Assembly (NCBI GenBank): GCA_046582655.1
Contig: JAYGDX010000063.1
Location: 53,277-117,276 of the forward strand
DNA from: Candidatus Poribacteria bacterium
GTDB lineage: Bacteria; Poribacteria; WGA-4E; UBA9662
Direction of reading: 5' to 3'
DNA: 64,000 nucleotides
The notes under the pieces are model-generated. The model saw only the letters and a program-made list of their open reading frames with translations. It had not been told where the DNA came from and did not search any database. Of the stretch, positions 12,201 to 22,100 are shown one piece after another. Position numbers and translations under genes: made by a program. Each line of letters starts with the position of its first letter. Position 1 is the first letter of the stretch.

Positions 12201-13397
12201 CTCGGTTTTGATAGGTATAGAAATCATGTTACAGATTTTTTGGCTGATTGGCAGGTTACTGGATTCAAGCAACCTAAAAACTTGTCAGCAGTTAACCAAC
12301 AAACCTTTTTGTGGAAAGCAACAACAGTAAGTGAGGGTAAAATCATGGCTACCCTAAACGGCAATCTCAAAAGTATAGCAGAAGTAAAGGTCATTCCCGG
12401 AGAACTTGATAGGCTCAATATTCGCATTCATAATGAGGGGGCCTCACTTGAACCACCATATACTTTTATCTCCGGCGGTAGATCTCAACTTTCTGCCATT
12501 GGATACGATGCATTCAAAAATGAAATTGACGTTCAACCGGTGTGGAGACTACTTGGGAATTTAGGTCGCATAACTAGAGATGCGACATTTGCAGCAACCT
12601 TTGTTGGACGAGGAAAAATCATGGCTGCAACGGGGAGTGTCAGCACATCCGTACCAATTGAAGTCACATCAATTTCCAAGACAATTGGTGACTCCGGTGG
12701 TAGACTTGAGAGCCCTGCCGGACTTGCTATTGACATACCGCGAGAGTCGTTTGACAACGCACATACGATTGAGGTTGCAGTAGTACAATCACCAGGTGCG
12801 ACGATGAACGCACAACGCGCATCAAGCGTTATTGATATACGACCTGCTGAAGTAACACTCAAGAAATCAGCGAAGATCACTTTCCATTATAATCGTATAA
12901 TTGATACAGAGTTTGATCCGTCAAAACTCCATTTCCATTTCTGGGACTCCTTCCAAGAAACATGGGTTTGGGTTAGTAGTTACACTGATCTAGGCATGCA
13001 AACTGTTTTTGCCAACGTCAATCATTTTGGTGTTTTCGCTATAATGGAAGTAGATCAGAAAATAGATTGGGCGAGCAAGTTCCAAATCGACAAGGTTGAG
13101 ATCAATCCACCTATTTATTACTCACCGGAAACGAATCGTTTGGCAATTACATATTTCATTAATACTCCTAAAAATGGTATTGTAAAAGTCACAATTGAGA
13201 TTTTTGATATGATTGATCAGCATGTCAAAACTTTACTCGATAAGGCTGAGCGTTGGAAGGGAAGTAATGTAGAACAATGGGATGGCAGGAATGAAGAAGG
13301 TCAGCTTATCAAAAATGGACGGTATATCGTTGTAATCATTGCTGAGATAGAAGATAAAGTAGCTATAGCAAAAAAGCTACTAGCTGTCTTGAAGTAA
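6237..13397 (+). CDS. Giant secreted Ig-like (Big_2-type) repeat protein with ZU5-like and C-terminal FlgD-Ig/T9SS-type domain
   Basis: Signal peptide; many repeats of pattern P....G....F.A.G.D..GN....W.V.G.IG.I...G.F.A...G; C-terminal WDGRNEEGQLIKNGRYIV...KKLLAVLK. Confidence 0.85.
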   Translation: MIGHKPNLLAFTLFIVFFCNSIAKSELIITVLDQTGRPIFPVRVQIFPNELNPDNEVEPISPPSPRADGLIGFVTDSNGRVKADLTNGNYSIVASPDLDSGNIRQSFLIIKNVSAPGKATLFTNQAVPVTVSAIGKDPYVGSLGPLIAARVYFRASKRAVGYVGTLNNDGQLLTSISPGNYHIVIKGSIALHYVVLQNKQISEIQNTVTFDGSQTPTASLAFKLPENTVLVLNEVLSTNVSHEFIDIIENQIGYDAAYTDSFSLAFSDSSPTLQLIPDLIYQFNLSYIIDFNGELYAYELRVNDFQIDHPRTYTLGNSGNSPFKLQSSTPSQTYHPGDEVQVEFDIRDTLGNQLWRVFNYSGARLVFPFVVVQDPNGIVIASNQITNELPEDFFYFDFLLPLTTQPGVYRVDVSLDGKLYGKMNDYFHFSVIPKITSNPPIISDVSAPTEIQSNGTIQIAADIQGSSFNNISLKLSNRFGKTDFLPTGAHKDRYSWQIDPITYQSYGESINWQIAAINSHGLQSKKNGQITVVQADPLIISPSLSGDKIQLSIDEKQVDPVLIPVGSVQEFYIDGKNPIWNVSSGIGTIDQDGKFYSHTEAERFGQVSATLLVSSNELGRLVQASINIKLVPTGASQLSINPHPKIVLVAGDKREFQVTSADVFGNKIKMLINRIHWHVDGNIGEVTNNILFAQKIGNGRVTAIYENLTASIGIEVVVGDLKSIEILPETIKLRAGEVQKLKATAKDMRGNQVEVNPIWSVDGGLGIIRNNTFIAKNAGEGKISATIFNLMVAIRAIVIPNNLHNITIDPFISYLPVSNDKMTYTYKFVAQGWDVAGNPVSIQNNRWVVDTAAGVINPDGLMTSINQANSQTLGHIVINGTIWSYGQTINGQEAAAGKGVVVIQSSVPGPAQSLAITLNNFDQIIGRYTIAVGKSQNFEAIGLDRKNQRTQILPRWSVNGDIGIINPSGNFTATRLGIGTIIATNVGLTTQVQVKVTPGILDRLVLNPPYLSMQVGESYNLSISGFDASGNSVPVDQHQLTWSINPQAIIIDQNGQLTAKAAKTTKVKAEIGDRNAITQIFIKPDPTPSLVNFTPVATMTVAIPSVPTMKFSMPPNPNLKTEKLIIIPQEPIELQVGDTQDFHVIAIFWNAELTKKEIHPIPAFWQVSTGLGTIDANGRFVARSPGAGEVRATNGSMSVTQLMAVKADRIFLNRSIPIASHIVSWKVTGDSTVRAGDQLQLAAFGQTASGKVQYIRPTYEIFAGKNIGHISTDGIFYANQTGIGRIIAQIPGNPVLPSQRISIEVVPNRPIFAQLEPNQVINKGNETDNTQFRLIAFDLYGNRTKLPEIPVAWDVIGDVGIISTSGVFSPKTDINLDQVGEVIATIDEANLVARAQIRHYVSTNQVVQVQVEPDKINLFPGASFQFHLITQDLKKHLVETKPVWKIIGEGLISDDGWLTVNQDAAIGKTIQVIGIGSGPNWKYSSTAQVTVKAMPLARLEIQNLDNKFEADIKDVIRFKALGFDKNNNSVIVTPKWSVHPALGNFEIKDDLVKFSPTSVGNFQIQALEKGIASIVDIHILSSEVGGSLRIEFRSSSSHQPIKGLGTTEDPVLLKAGAKLLLVALMDEEVIKANWKVGGQGDVYSTRENVSWFRSTIVDHSLIEIITSTGNISTSIFVRIVNEDLAMLRLIPETTSILLDSSGILQPRQFTYIGLDSYGNIIPDNKLNSPNWSIEGKIGEITNSGVFTPIKTNSNTSVTGLVIASINGIIGNANVIILSEIGDLAFLEAIPSAKQVSAGNSIQISLVGRDAQGNRLPKINQNLTIVTIPEIGRVEKVKKAWTYHAPETLPADRMINILAKSDNNISSPKIEIELLTGYFADIDLEPRSLTLRAGETQNFELTAFDVFGNIIDLSVLTDQPKWMLSKPIGEISQTGTYTATQIGTIQVTIKSGRVEASAEVTVTAGNITSLQIVPDNLVISAGEVAEFQLLGFDRYRNHVTDFLADWQVTGFKQPKNLSAVNQQTFLWKATTVSEGKIMATLNGNLKSIAEVKVIPGELDRLNIRIHNEGASLEPPYTFISGGRSQLSAIGYDAFKNEIDVQPVWRLLGNLGRITRDATFAATFVGRGKIMAATGSVSTSVPIEVTSISKTIGDSGGRLESPAGLAIDIPRESFDNAHTIEVAVVQSPGATMNAQRASSVIDIRPAEVTLKKSAKITFHYNRIIDTEFDPSKLHFHFWDSFQETWVWVSSYTDLGMQTVFANVNHFGVFAIMEVDQKIDWASKFQIDKVEINPPIYYSPETNRLAITYFINTPKNGIVKVTIEIFDMIDQHVKTLLDKAERWKGSNVEQWDGRNEEGQLIKNGRYIVVIIAEIEDKVAIAKKLLAVLK

Positions 13398-13399
13398 AA

Positions 13400-16300
13400 C
13401 TAACGCAGAACAGCCAACCGCTCAATTTTTTCAAGGTACTGATTCCTAATCTGAATCCTGACTTTGTAAAAGTAAGTACCATTAGCGAGCCGTATACCAT
13501 CTTCGTCTCGGACGTTCCAGTATTGTTCATTATAGCCACGTTTAGCCGATGCATCAGAAATTGTACGAATTAAACGACCACTAACAGTATAAATTTTTAC
13601 CTCCACTGAATAGGGAGCTTGCGTCAATTCATAGGTGAAAAAGGTTTGATTTTTGATCGGATTTGGTATATTGAGTATCCTGCTAACTTTAATAGGTTCA
13701 TCAATCTGAAAGTGAATGGCAGGTGATTCTGCGAGGTTTCCGCTTTTGTCTTGGACTGTAGCACGAATTTGATAGTCAGCGTTTGGTATATCCGGTGCAA
13801 AATGCATATTCGCTTGTGTTGGAATGGTCGGATCAAAGATAATATCAAAACTTTTGAGAGTGAGTTCTTCAAGTTGACTTCCCTCAACACCAAAGAAAAG
13901 TTTCATCGTTTTTGATTCGATACCCTTGTCATCATTAATTTCTATATCAAACTTCGGTTGTTCCCGCAGCACCATCCCATCTACAAAGTGGACATCATTA
14001 ACATACATATCTATTTTCGGTGGGTAAAGATCTGGATTCTCATCAACGTGATATAAAAATTCCGTAAAATCCCCGCCGAGCTTATTTCCATTCAGATCCT
14101 TTATCCGAATACGGAATAGATAGCGTCCAATAAACAAGATCGGCTCGTATTCAATTGAAATGATAGCCGGATTGTCTTTATTAGCAATCTTGAAATCGTT
14201 AACCTCAGCAAACGGCCCCTCGTCCTTGCTAAGTTGGATTGAAAAGGAATCAACATCAATTCCATTCACATCTTGCAGCAACATCGAGATCTCTGGGCGT
14301 GGTTCGATTTGACTCTCCGGTTCCTTTTCCTCGCCATCTACCCACAAATTTATTTTCGGCGGTACTTTATCTGTATTATACGACAATGTAAGCGGTGCCA
14401 GTTCGGTCACTTCGGTTGATATCACTCCAACCATAGAAGTGCTAAACTTCATTTTATCACCAAGTTGGAACGGTTTATCTCCTGAATTGACAAGTAAGTC
14501 AATACCTATAGCCTTCAAAACAAGCGGCTGATTGACTCTACCAACAACTGGACTACCATGCAGATACCGAATAGGTGTGTTAAGACTGTCATGTATTTCA
14601 AACCGATCATGCTGAGTGAAAAAAATCAGCCAATCTCCGGAACGAAATTCCTCAGGATAGTCCTTGCTAACATTTGCGTATCCTATACCATTACCAGCAT
14701 TCTCTTTACGTAATGAATTGACTTGCACTTGTCCATTGGTGTTAACTTCAGTTTCAAAAACAAGAATATCTCCAAATTCAAATTCCTGGCCGCTGCCAAC
14801 ATCATTAATACTCAGTTCAAGACCAAGGATCTCGTCTTTGAAGGTCCTATTAACATATCCATTTTGTCCAAGTTTCTCGATAATATTTGATCCCTTCGGC
14901 CTAATTAAGACCTCATACGAATGCCTATTTAAGAAGAGGACCACCCACTGACCAATTGGCGTTAGGTTTGGATCTATGTGAATTTGTGACTTACTTGCCT
15001 TGGACAAATTTTGGTTGTCTGCTCGTGCGGGCGTAACAAATTTCTCCCTAAAAACAGGGAAATTCCCGTGTTCGTCTGGGATCTCGGTATCTCGTTTTAT
15101 TCTAGAATCTATGCGTTGCCATGCTTTAATATCCGCCTTCCACCTGTACACAGAAATAGATTCCACTTCCCGATTTAGCGCGGCCTTAAACTCCTCATAA
15201 TGATCAGCCATGTCGGGATACCATCCATATTTGCTCCCAATTTTACTCTGGAGATTATCCAAGCTCAACAACAAATCAACTTGTGTAGGCTTAGTCAGGT
15301 ATGCCTTATTAGACAGTAAATCAATCTTGTAAGCACTATAACTCGAATCGGAGACAGCCTTAACCAAATTGATTAATCGAGGTGTTGGTGCAGGAAACAA
15401 ACCTGGTTGGAACGATCTCGGTAGGATAACCCTATCAACAGATATTGAGATTGCAGGAACACCCGCCAGCGCATCAGCCTCAAAACTGGCTCTAAAAACG
15501 TGGTCTATACTCCGAGCTATTAAAGGTTCATTCGCCTTAAGGGTAAATTCGTTCACAATGAAAATTGCGAACGATCTGTTATCAAAAGAACGTGGTTCAT
15601 CGAGTTTACCCGTGATAAAATCTTTGTGATCGTCTTCAGGGGCTTCCGGATCGGCAAAAACGTATATTTTGTGCAATCCGGTAGAGAGAGGTGTATTCAG
15701 CACCAAGACGGCCGTGGCTTCTTGGAGACTCCTTGTACCAGCTTTCCAATCATTCGGCAATATGTTTACATATCCTAACGTAGCAGCGTCCCGATCAATC
15801 TGCTGATCAGCATTCTTATCAGCGTCTCCTTCTGAAAACCAGACCTCAATTGCCGTATCAACAGGTCTACCGCCATCGTTAACAATGTCAGCAATTAATG
15901 TGTGTTTCCTAAGCTCGGTGGAGTAGCGGTAACGGATTGGTGCGATTTGATCGGCGGAGGATGCAACGGCGAGGTTTGCTCCTTCGGGAACCTCTACTAT
16001 TTTGCGTTTTGAACTAATTGAATAGTTAGATACATCCTTAACATGGATTGTATACCGAACGACCCGCCCTCCTTTTGGCAGAGGGATCGGTTTTTCAACT
16101 CGATACCATGTTCCATTCCTTACTGTCGAACCAGGAGGATTTGGATCAGGAATCATTCGATAAGTGTTGTCTACGAAATTCTGGGTGTCACTCCAAACTA
16201 CTTTTACAGATTCAATGCCATCTGCTCCTTTATTATCAACAATCTGAGCTTGAAGATCGAGTGTATTGGTAACAAGATGATCCATATTTTCGCGGATATC

Positions 16301-19300
16301 ATAAATAATCGGCTGATGAATCCAAAAGCGACTGCCTCCAATTGCTGTGTAATCCTCGTTATATGCAATTGCACGAACAGCCCCTTCACCAAACGAAGTT
16401 CCTCTTGGGATTGAAATGCGAACATCACCAAACTCTCCCTGCCAAACCGTAATATTGTCTCGTTCCCTGATGAATAGCTGATCCTTAGAACTGGCTGGAA
16501 AATTCGCAGACACCTTCATGTTCCCTGTGTTGAAACCGGTATCAATTTTGAAATCAAGTTCCCCTAACGGATTCAAGAGACCGCGACCGATTGAATTCCG
16601 CCGAACTATCAACTCTTTATCAGGATCGACTACCAACTCTTGCAATTCAACATTAACTTTCAATTCCGGTATAGCAAGCCGTGTTGCGGGATCACCAAAG
16701 AGCGTGTACTGTTCCGCACCAGGAATCCATCGCGTTGAAGCATTACTGATGAATCGAGTTTTAGCTGTAGCAATAATTGATCCTAGCGTCTTGTGGTTCT
16801 CGCTAAGCATGGCCTGGAAAAGTTCTATGTCAAATTCAGCGTTTGCACTACCGTAAGTGAGTCTGGTTGCACTTAGACAAGCGATAGCGCCATATTCACT
16901 AAATATAAACTGATCTACTAAACAATACTGACCAAACTGAAGCGGTTTGTCAAATTGACCGTTAAGGCAGGTGGTGGCAAGAATAAATGGAAGATACTTG
17001 TTCCGAAGTGCTCGTGCATCTTCTATCCGAAAGATAGCCTCATCTGCCCAGGTCTGGGTACTGCCGTGTCCAGCGTACTCAAGAACAAGCACTCCTTCGT
17101 TGATTGAATCCATAATAATCTTATTCGTTCGCAATGGACTTACAATCTCCCGAAGATAAACCTTTTTAGTATCATATGAAACAGGGATTACGTTCTGAAT
17201 TAGATCTTCGCGAGTCTTTTCGAAGATGTCATCTTGCCCTGGATTATCGATTTCGTTGTCAGCAACCTCAACTATTCTTCCCTGCCATGGCCCACGTTTC
17301 AAATTCTTCTCGTAATTAATAATCTTCTTAACGACCTCGTCCAGTTCGTGTGGGTATTGTACGGCCAAACGGCCTATATACATATCCGGCAATGAATCCT
17401 CACCGCTTAGCAGAACAAAACGATGGTCCATTGAAGTCTCACCACTTTCCGGAGACCAGCCGTGAAAAGTTGGTACAAAGATAGGATAAAGATTATATTT
17501 AGTATTGTAGTCCCTACGATAGACTTCAACGATTGATCTCTTGTAATCCCAGTGAGCGTCCCCAACTAATAGCACAAACGCAGGAGCAGGCTTTCGCCAG
17601 TTTACATACGCATATCGCAAAAACTTCTGAATTGCATGTGGATTGAATAAGCCATGGCTGAATTGATCATATACTATATCAATATCCACGATTTTAACTT
17701 TCATTCCTTGGGATTCACGATATTTGACTAAGGGCTGAATGCTGTCGAAAAAATTGCTGTGACTAATAACAATGTAATCCGCTTGGTTAGTTGGATTCTT
17801 TAAGTCCGAAGGTTTTGCCTGCACCAACTCGCCAATATAAGAATAAGCAGCACGATCTATCGCGAAATAGGCTGTAGGTTGACCAACCCGGTCTTCAAAA
17901 ATAACACGGTAATTGTTTCCCTGAAGTTCGTCAATCCACATATTATGGAGTTTTGCGCTTAAACTACCTTTTCGAATTTGGTATAAATCAATTTCTTCTC
18001 CGGGAAAACCATCAATCTGAAATCTGGTTGTTCCTCCAATAGTCCGAGGTTCGGTCTCAGAATTAAACTCGAGTCTTCCTTGATGGGCTCTAAAAGCATG
18101 CCAGTAATCAAGCTCAAACCAATCCAGATAAAAGTCTACCTTACTTAGCGGAGTATGGTTATTATCTCCAGCAAGAACGTTTAAGAAGTTTGGTGAATCG
18201 TGATGCAAAATGGAGTTTTGATCGAATTGACGAATTAAAAGCGGGGCGCCCTGTTTTCGCCACTCAACGGGTGGTGCCAAGCTCTTTCCACTCAATCGTA
18301 TCCATGCTCGATGAGAGGCGTTACTTCTGGTAGATATCCCTTGAAACTTAATCCGTAACTCAGCATGCCTAGAAATCTTGGTCCGGGGAATAGCATACGG
18401 TAAATCAATTCGAATGTTTTTTTCACGCGCTTTTGGATTCTCACCACCAGTGAAGCGCATCCAAAAATAGTGATCTATGAACTCAGATTTCACCTCTACA
18501 AGTGGATCGTGAAAATAATCTTTCTCAAAATGTTCAACTTTTTTAAATGCTATTGGCACTTTGGCGTTCTTATCCTTGGGTGCTACGTCAATCAAATCTA
18601 TTGGGATTGATGGATCATCACTATTCCAACTCAACCAGTAAACGTTTTCATCAGTAAACTTATTGTTAATAAGCTTCTGCGCATAGAACACAATGCCATC
18701 TCTACCATCAAGATGACCATTATGATTTTGATCAATCGCATGCGCACCAATTTTAAGCCCACGATTCTCGATTCTGATCGTTCTTAGATCCACAGTTCTC
18801 AGGTCAATACCAATATTACTTAGGTCGGAAGGTAAAATTTTATAGAGTCCTGTTTTTTTAATCATGACTTTGTATCTTGGAGATTCAACTGATGGCCTCG
18901 CTGGAGCTGCATGGATAGGTTGCGGCACGATACGCCAATTCAAGGCTTGGTAATAATTAAGTAAATTTGATCGGAAAAAATCTTCAAAATGGGGAGATTT
19001 TCTATCAGTGATGCGAATAATTGAGGGCGAATCGAAATCGATCCGGAACTGCAAGATTTCGTAGATTTGACTCGCATGAAATGGTCGAACCTCAATCTGT
19101 GCAATATGTTGATCGCGAATCATTCCAACCGGAGTAACACTCACAGCAGTCAATGAGGAAGTAGCGTTAGTGTCAGATGAACCAACCAATTTTAAGGAAG
19201 TAACTGTTACTTTCGGATTAGATCCAACCGGAGTACCGATGAGCTGCGAGAATGAAACTTGCTGATCGGATTTTGGGAGCCGAAACTCAACCGTCAAGGT

Positions 19301-19429
19301 ATTAGAGTCAGAATGAAGTAATTGAAATGATGGAGCAGCATGGAGTAAACTGGAAATTAAAAAAAAGTAACAGAACCAAATCTGGACAGAGATAATCTGG
19401 AGAAAACGAAAGGGACGCACCCTAATCAT
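13400..19429 (-). CDS. C25 (gingipain-family) cysteine peptidase, PorU-like, with CARDB/Ig domains and C-terminal FlgD/T9SS-type sorting domain
   Basis: YKVMIKKTGLYKI N-terminus; ADYIVIS, FVLLVGDA, LPDMYIGRL; His/Cys dyad in YAGHG and ATTC; YTLFGDPA; C-terminal NIPNP...KIYTVSGRLIR...WNVRDEDG..LANGTYFY...KIERLAVLR. Confidence 0.85.
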   Translation of the reverse strand: MIRVRPFRFLQIISVQIWFCYFFLISSLLHAAPSFQLLHSDSNTLTVEFRLPKSDQQVSFSQLIGTPVGSNPKVTVTSLKLVGSSDTNATSSLTAVSVTPVGMIRDQHIAQIEVRPFHASQIYEILQFRIDFDSPSIIRITDRKSPHFEDFFRSNLLNYYQALNWRIVPQPIHAAPARPSVESPRYKVMIKKTGLYKILPSDLSNIGIDLRTVDLRTIRIENRGLKIGAHAIDQNHNGHLDGRDGIVFYAQKLINNKFTDENVYWLSWNSDDPSIPIDLIDVAPKDKNAKVPIAFKKVEHFEKDYFHDPLVEVKSEFIDHYFWMRFTGGENPKAREKNIRIDLPYAIPRTKISRHAELRIKFQGISTRSNASHRAWIRLSGKSLAPPVEWRKQGAPLLIRQFDQNSILHHDSPNFLNVLAGDNNHTPLSKVDFYLDWFELDYWHAFRAHQGRLEFNSETEPRTIGGTTRFQIDGFPGEEIDLYQIRKGSLSAKLHNMWIDELQGNNYRVIFEDRVGQPTAYFAIDRAAYSYIGELVQAKPSDLKNPTNQADYIVISHSNFFDSIQPLVKYRESQGMKVKIVDIDIVYDQFSHGLFNPHAIQKFLRYAYVNWRKPAPAFVLLVGDAHWDYKRSIVEVYRRDYNTKYNLYPIFVPTFHGWSPESGETSMDHRFVLLSGEDSLPDMYIGRLAVQYPHELDEVVKKIINYEKNLKRGPWQGRIVEVADNEIDNPGQDDIFEKTREDLIQNVIPVSYDTKKVYLREIVSPLRTNKIIMDSINEGVLVLEYAGHGSTQTWADEAIFRIEDARALRNKYLPFILATTCLNGQFDKPLQFGQYCLVDQFIFSEYGAIACLSATRLTYGSANAEFDIELFQAMLSENHKTLGSIIATAKTRFISNASTRWIPGAEQYTLFGDPATRLAIPELKVNVELQELVVDPDKELIVRRNSIGRGLLNPLGELDFKIDTGFNTGNMKVSANFPASSKDQLFIRERDNITVWQGEFGDVRISIPRGTSFGEGAVRAIAYNEDYTAIGGSRFWIHQPIIYDIRENMDHLVTNTLDLQAQIVDNKGADGIESVKVVWSDTQNFVDNTYRMIPDPNPPGSTVRNGTWYRVEKPIPLPKGGRVVRYTIHVKDVSNYSISSKRKIVEVPEGANLAVASSADQIAPIRYRYSTELRKHTLIADIVNDGGRPVDTAIEVWFSEGDADKNADQQIDRDAATLGYVNILPNDWKAGTRSLQEATAVLVLNTPLSTGLHKIYVFADPEAPEDDHKDFITGKLDEPRSFDNRSFAIFIVNEFTLKANEPLIARSIDHVFRASFEADALAGVPAISISVDRVILPRSFQPGLFPAPTPRLINLVKAVSDSSYSAYKIDLLSNKAYLTKPTQVDLLLSLDNLQSKIGSKYGWYPDMADHYEEFKAALNREVESISVYRWKADIKAWQRIDSRIKRDTEIPDEHGNFPVFREKFVTPARADNQNLSKASKSQIHIDPNLTPIGQWVVLFLNRHSYEVLIRPKGSNIIEKLGQNGYVNRTFKDEILGLELSINDVGSGQEFEFGDILVFETEVNTNGQVQVNSLRKENAGNGIGYANVSKDYPEEFRSGDWLIFFTQHDRFEIHDSLNTPIRYLHGSPVVGRVNQPLVLKAIGIDLLVNSGDKPFQLGDKMKFSTSMVGVISTEVTELAPLTLSYNTDKVPPKINLWVDGEEKEPESQIEPRPEISMLLQDVNGIDVDSFSIQLSKDEGPFAEVNDFKIANKDNPAIISIEYEPILFIGRYLFRIRIKDLNGNKLGGDFTEFLYHVDENPDLYPPKIDMYVNDVHFVDGMVLREQPKFDIEINDDKGIESKTMKLFFGVEGSQLEELTLKSFDIIFDPTIPTQANMHFAPDIPNADYQIRATVQDKSGNLAESPAIHFQIDEPIKVSRILNIPNPIKNQTFFTYELTQAPYSVEVKIYTVSGRLIRTISDASAKRGYNEQYWNVRDEDGIRLANGTYFYKVRIQIRNQYLEKIERLAVLR

Positions 19430-19474
19430 AGAATAACGCTAAGATTGAAAACTGGAGATGGGACCAACAATCGG

Positions 19475-19729
19475 TTAGCTTTCGGAGATCGTACGATACA
19501 AGGATGCTGCTTTGCTTTTTGAAACATTGGTGGAAGGGAGTTCCAGTATTTCATAACTTGATGTTTCGTTTTCTCCAAGATCGATATCCAGTCGGTCGCC
19601 TGACGAAACCTTCTTGCCAGATTTCGCTAATTGGCCGTTGACAGCAACACCACCACGGTTGCAAATTTCATTTGCTAGAGTGCGCCGTTTGATGAGGCGG
19701 CTAATTTGAAGAAACTTGTCCAGACGCAT
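19475..19729 (-). CDS. S4-domain RNA-binding protein (Hsp15/YabO-RqcP family)
   Basis: [30 protein letters not shown]; overlaps the 3' end of lon. Confidence 0.85.
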   Translation of the reverse strand: MRLDKFLQISRLIKRRTLANEICNRGGVAVNGQLAKSGKKVSSGDRLDIDLGENETSSYEILELPSTNVSKSKAASLYRTISES

Positions 19730-22076
19730 TGCTTTTTCTAAACGCAAGATCGAGCACCTGAGTCATGTGATCGACTTTATGAAAGCGCAATCCACCTCGA
19801 ATTTCTTCTGGGATCTCAGATAAATCCTTGTCATTTTCTTCTGGGATGATCACATGACCAATGTTATTCCGGTGAGCAGCAAGCACCTTTTCTTTCAATC
19901 CCCCAATTGGTAGTACCCGACCACGCAGGGTAATTTCACCCGTCATAGCGATATCACTTCGAACTTCCTTCCCAGTCAGTGCAGAGATCATGGCTGTAGC
20001 AATGGTAATACCTGCAGACGGACCTTCTTTAGGCACTGCTCCTTCAGGTACATGAATGTGGATTGAGTTGTCACTAAAGTTGTAATCATCAGGCAAATTG
20101 AGGGATTTGGAACGAGATTGGATGTACGCAAGTGCCGTCTGTGCAGATTCCTTCATCACATCTCCCAGTTGTCCTGTCAAGGTTAAATCACCTTTGCCAC
20201 GCATTGTCGTTGCCTCAATTGCAATAATATCACCTCCCACCTGCGTGTAAACCATACCAGTTGCAACCCCAATCTCGTCGTGCTCTTCCGCCTTTCTCCG
20301 AGTAAATTTTTCTGGACCAAGATAGTCAGTTAGGTTGTCTAAATCAACCGGAAATTGTTCAGATTTGTCATTGCCCACTGCAATTTTTTTCGCTACTCTT
20401 CTGCAAACAGTTGTAACTTCCCGTTCCAGATTTCGCACCCCAGCTTCACGTGTATACTTATTAATGATTTCGCTGATAGAGGTGTCAGAAAAACTAACAG
20501 AATCCTTTCTAAGGCCGTGCGATTCAACTTGCTTTGGAATCAAAAATTGATTTGCGATTTTACTCTTCTCATATTCAGTATAACCGGCTAACTCAATGAT
20601 TTCCATCCTGTCGAGTAGCGGAGGAGGAATCGACATCTTCGTATTTGCAGTTGTGATAAACATAACCTCAGACAAATCAAAAGCAGTATCAAGGTAGTGG
20701 TCACGGAAAGTATCGTTTTGTTCAGGATCAAGCACCTCAAGGAGCGCAGAGGCTGGATCTCCTCGAAAATCACTCCCCATCTTATCAACTTCGTCGAGTA
20801 AGAAGAGAGGATTCTTTGATTTTGCATCACATATACCCTGAATTATCCTTCCAGGCATTGATCCAATATAAGTTCGACGATGACCGCGAATCTCTGATTC
20901 ATCACGCACACCGCCGAGCGACATACGAATAAAGTTTCGATCTGTTGACCGCGCAACTGATTTTCCCAGCGACGTTTTACCGACTCCAGGTGGTCCGACA
21001 AAACACAAAATCGGCCCCTTAACCTTATCAACAAGTTTCATTACCGCCAAATATTCAAGAATTCGCTCTTTAGGTTTCTCTAGACCGTAGTGATCCTCAT
21101 TAAGAATTTCTTCAGCCTGTTGAATATCAAATTTTGAAGTTGTCCGTTTATCCCATGGAAGCGAAAGAATCCAGTCGAGATAAGTGCGAATGACACCAAA
21201 TTCAGCAGACATAGGCGGCATTTGCTGGAGACGGTTGAGTTCCTTTTCAGATTTTTCTTTCGCCTCTTCAGACATATCTGCCTTTTCGATTTGTTCCCGT
21301 AGGTCCTCAATTTCAGAAGGGTTATCACCTCGCCCAAGCTCTTTTTGAATTTCTTTCATCTTTTCTTGAAGGTAGAACTCTTTATGCGTCTTTTCAATCG
21401 ATTTTCGGACTTTAGAGTCGATTTTTCGATCTAGTTCAAGTATATCAAGTTCCTCATCAAGAAATTGATTCACTAACCTGATGCGCTCAATCGGATCAAT
21501 AGTATCAAGAACCTGCTGTAGTCTTTCACTTTGACTACCTATTATTAAACTTGCAATATAGTCCGCTAGCTTGCCAGGATCTACTTCTTTCCGCACAATG
21601 ACAAGAGCTTCTGAAGATGATTGTTTACTTATTCGAACATATCGTTCAAGGAGCTTAATAGCTTTTCGCATAAGCGAACTCGCGTCATCTGAAGACGATG
21701 AATCCTCAGCGGGAACCGACACTTCTGCTGAGAAAAAGCCACTATCTTCAACCAGTTTTAGGACTTCCCCACGACTACTGCCTTCAACTGCAATCCGAAT
21801 TGAGTCATCACCGGGATCATATGAATCAACAACATCAGCAATTGTACCGACAGCATGAAAATCTTCCATGCTTGGACTTTCCGTGTCTTTATTCTTCTGA
21901 TTCAATAAGAGAACAACTCGATCTGTATCAAGGGCATATTTGACAGCCAAAACACCGGTCTCTCTAACCACGTTAAGAGGTGTATTTAAACCTGGAAATA
22001 TAACTTTCCCAGGTAATGGAATAACTGGCAAAGTAAAACTGGCATCACGAACTTCAATCGCTGAATCAGATTTCAT
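19701..22076 (-). CDS. lon: ATP-dependent protease La (LonA)
   Basis: GPPGVGKTS Walker [22 protein letters not shown] catalytic Ser, IGGLKEK catalytic Lys. Confidence 0.97.
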   Translation of the reverse strand: MKSDSAIEVRDASFTLPVIPLPGKVIFPGLNTPLNVVRETGVLAVKYALDTDRVVLLLNQKNKDTESPSMEDFHAVGTIADVVDSYDPGDDSIRIAVEGSSRGEVLKLVEDSGFFSAEVSVPAEDSSSSDDASSLMRKAIKLLERYVRISKQSSSEALVIVRKEVDPGKLADYIASLIIGSQSERLQQVLDTIDPIERIRLVNQFLDEELDILELDRKIDSKVRKSIEKTHKEFYLQEKMKEIQKELGRGDNPSEIEDLREQIEKADMSEEAKEKSEKELNRLQQMPPMSAEFGVIRTYLDWILSLPWDKRTTSKFDIQQAEEILNEDHYGLEKPKERILEYLAVMKLVDKVKGPILCFVGPPGVGKTSLGKSVARSTDRNFIRMSLGGVRDESEIRGHRRTYIGSMPGRIIQGICDAKSKNPLFLLDEVDKMGSDFRGDPASALLEVLDPEQNDTFRDHYLDTAFDLSEVMFITTANTKMSIPPPLLDRMEIIELAGYTEYEKSKIANQFLIPKQVESHGLRKDSVSFSDTSISEIINKYTREAGVRNLEREVTTVCRRVAKKIAVGNDKSEQFPVDLDNLTDYLGPEKFTRRKAEEHDEIGVATGMVYTQVGGDIIAIEATTMRGKGDLTLTGQLGDVMKESAQTALAYIQSRSKSLNLPDDYNFSDNSIHIHVPEGAVPKEGPSAGITIATAMISALTGKEVRSDIAMTGEITLRGRVLPIGGLKEKVLAAHRNNIGHVIIPEENDKDLSEIPEEIRGGLRFHKVDHMTQVLDLAFRKSNASGQVSSN

Positions 22077-22100
22077 CTTGTATGAACTCCTTGCTTCACA

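Noticed and set aside
20010..20033. Lon active-site motif PKEGPSAG instead of PKDGPSAG
   Set aside because: Conservative change with the Ser-Lys dyad intact; no sign of altered function.
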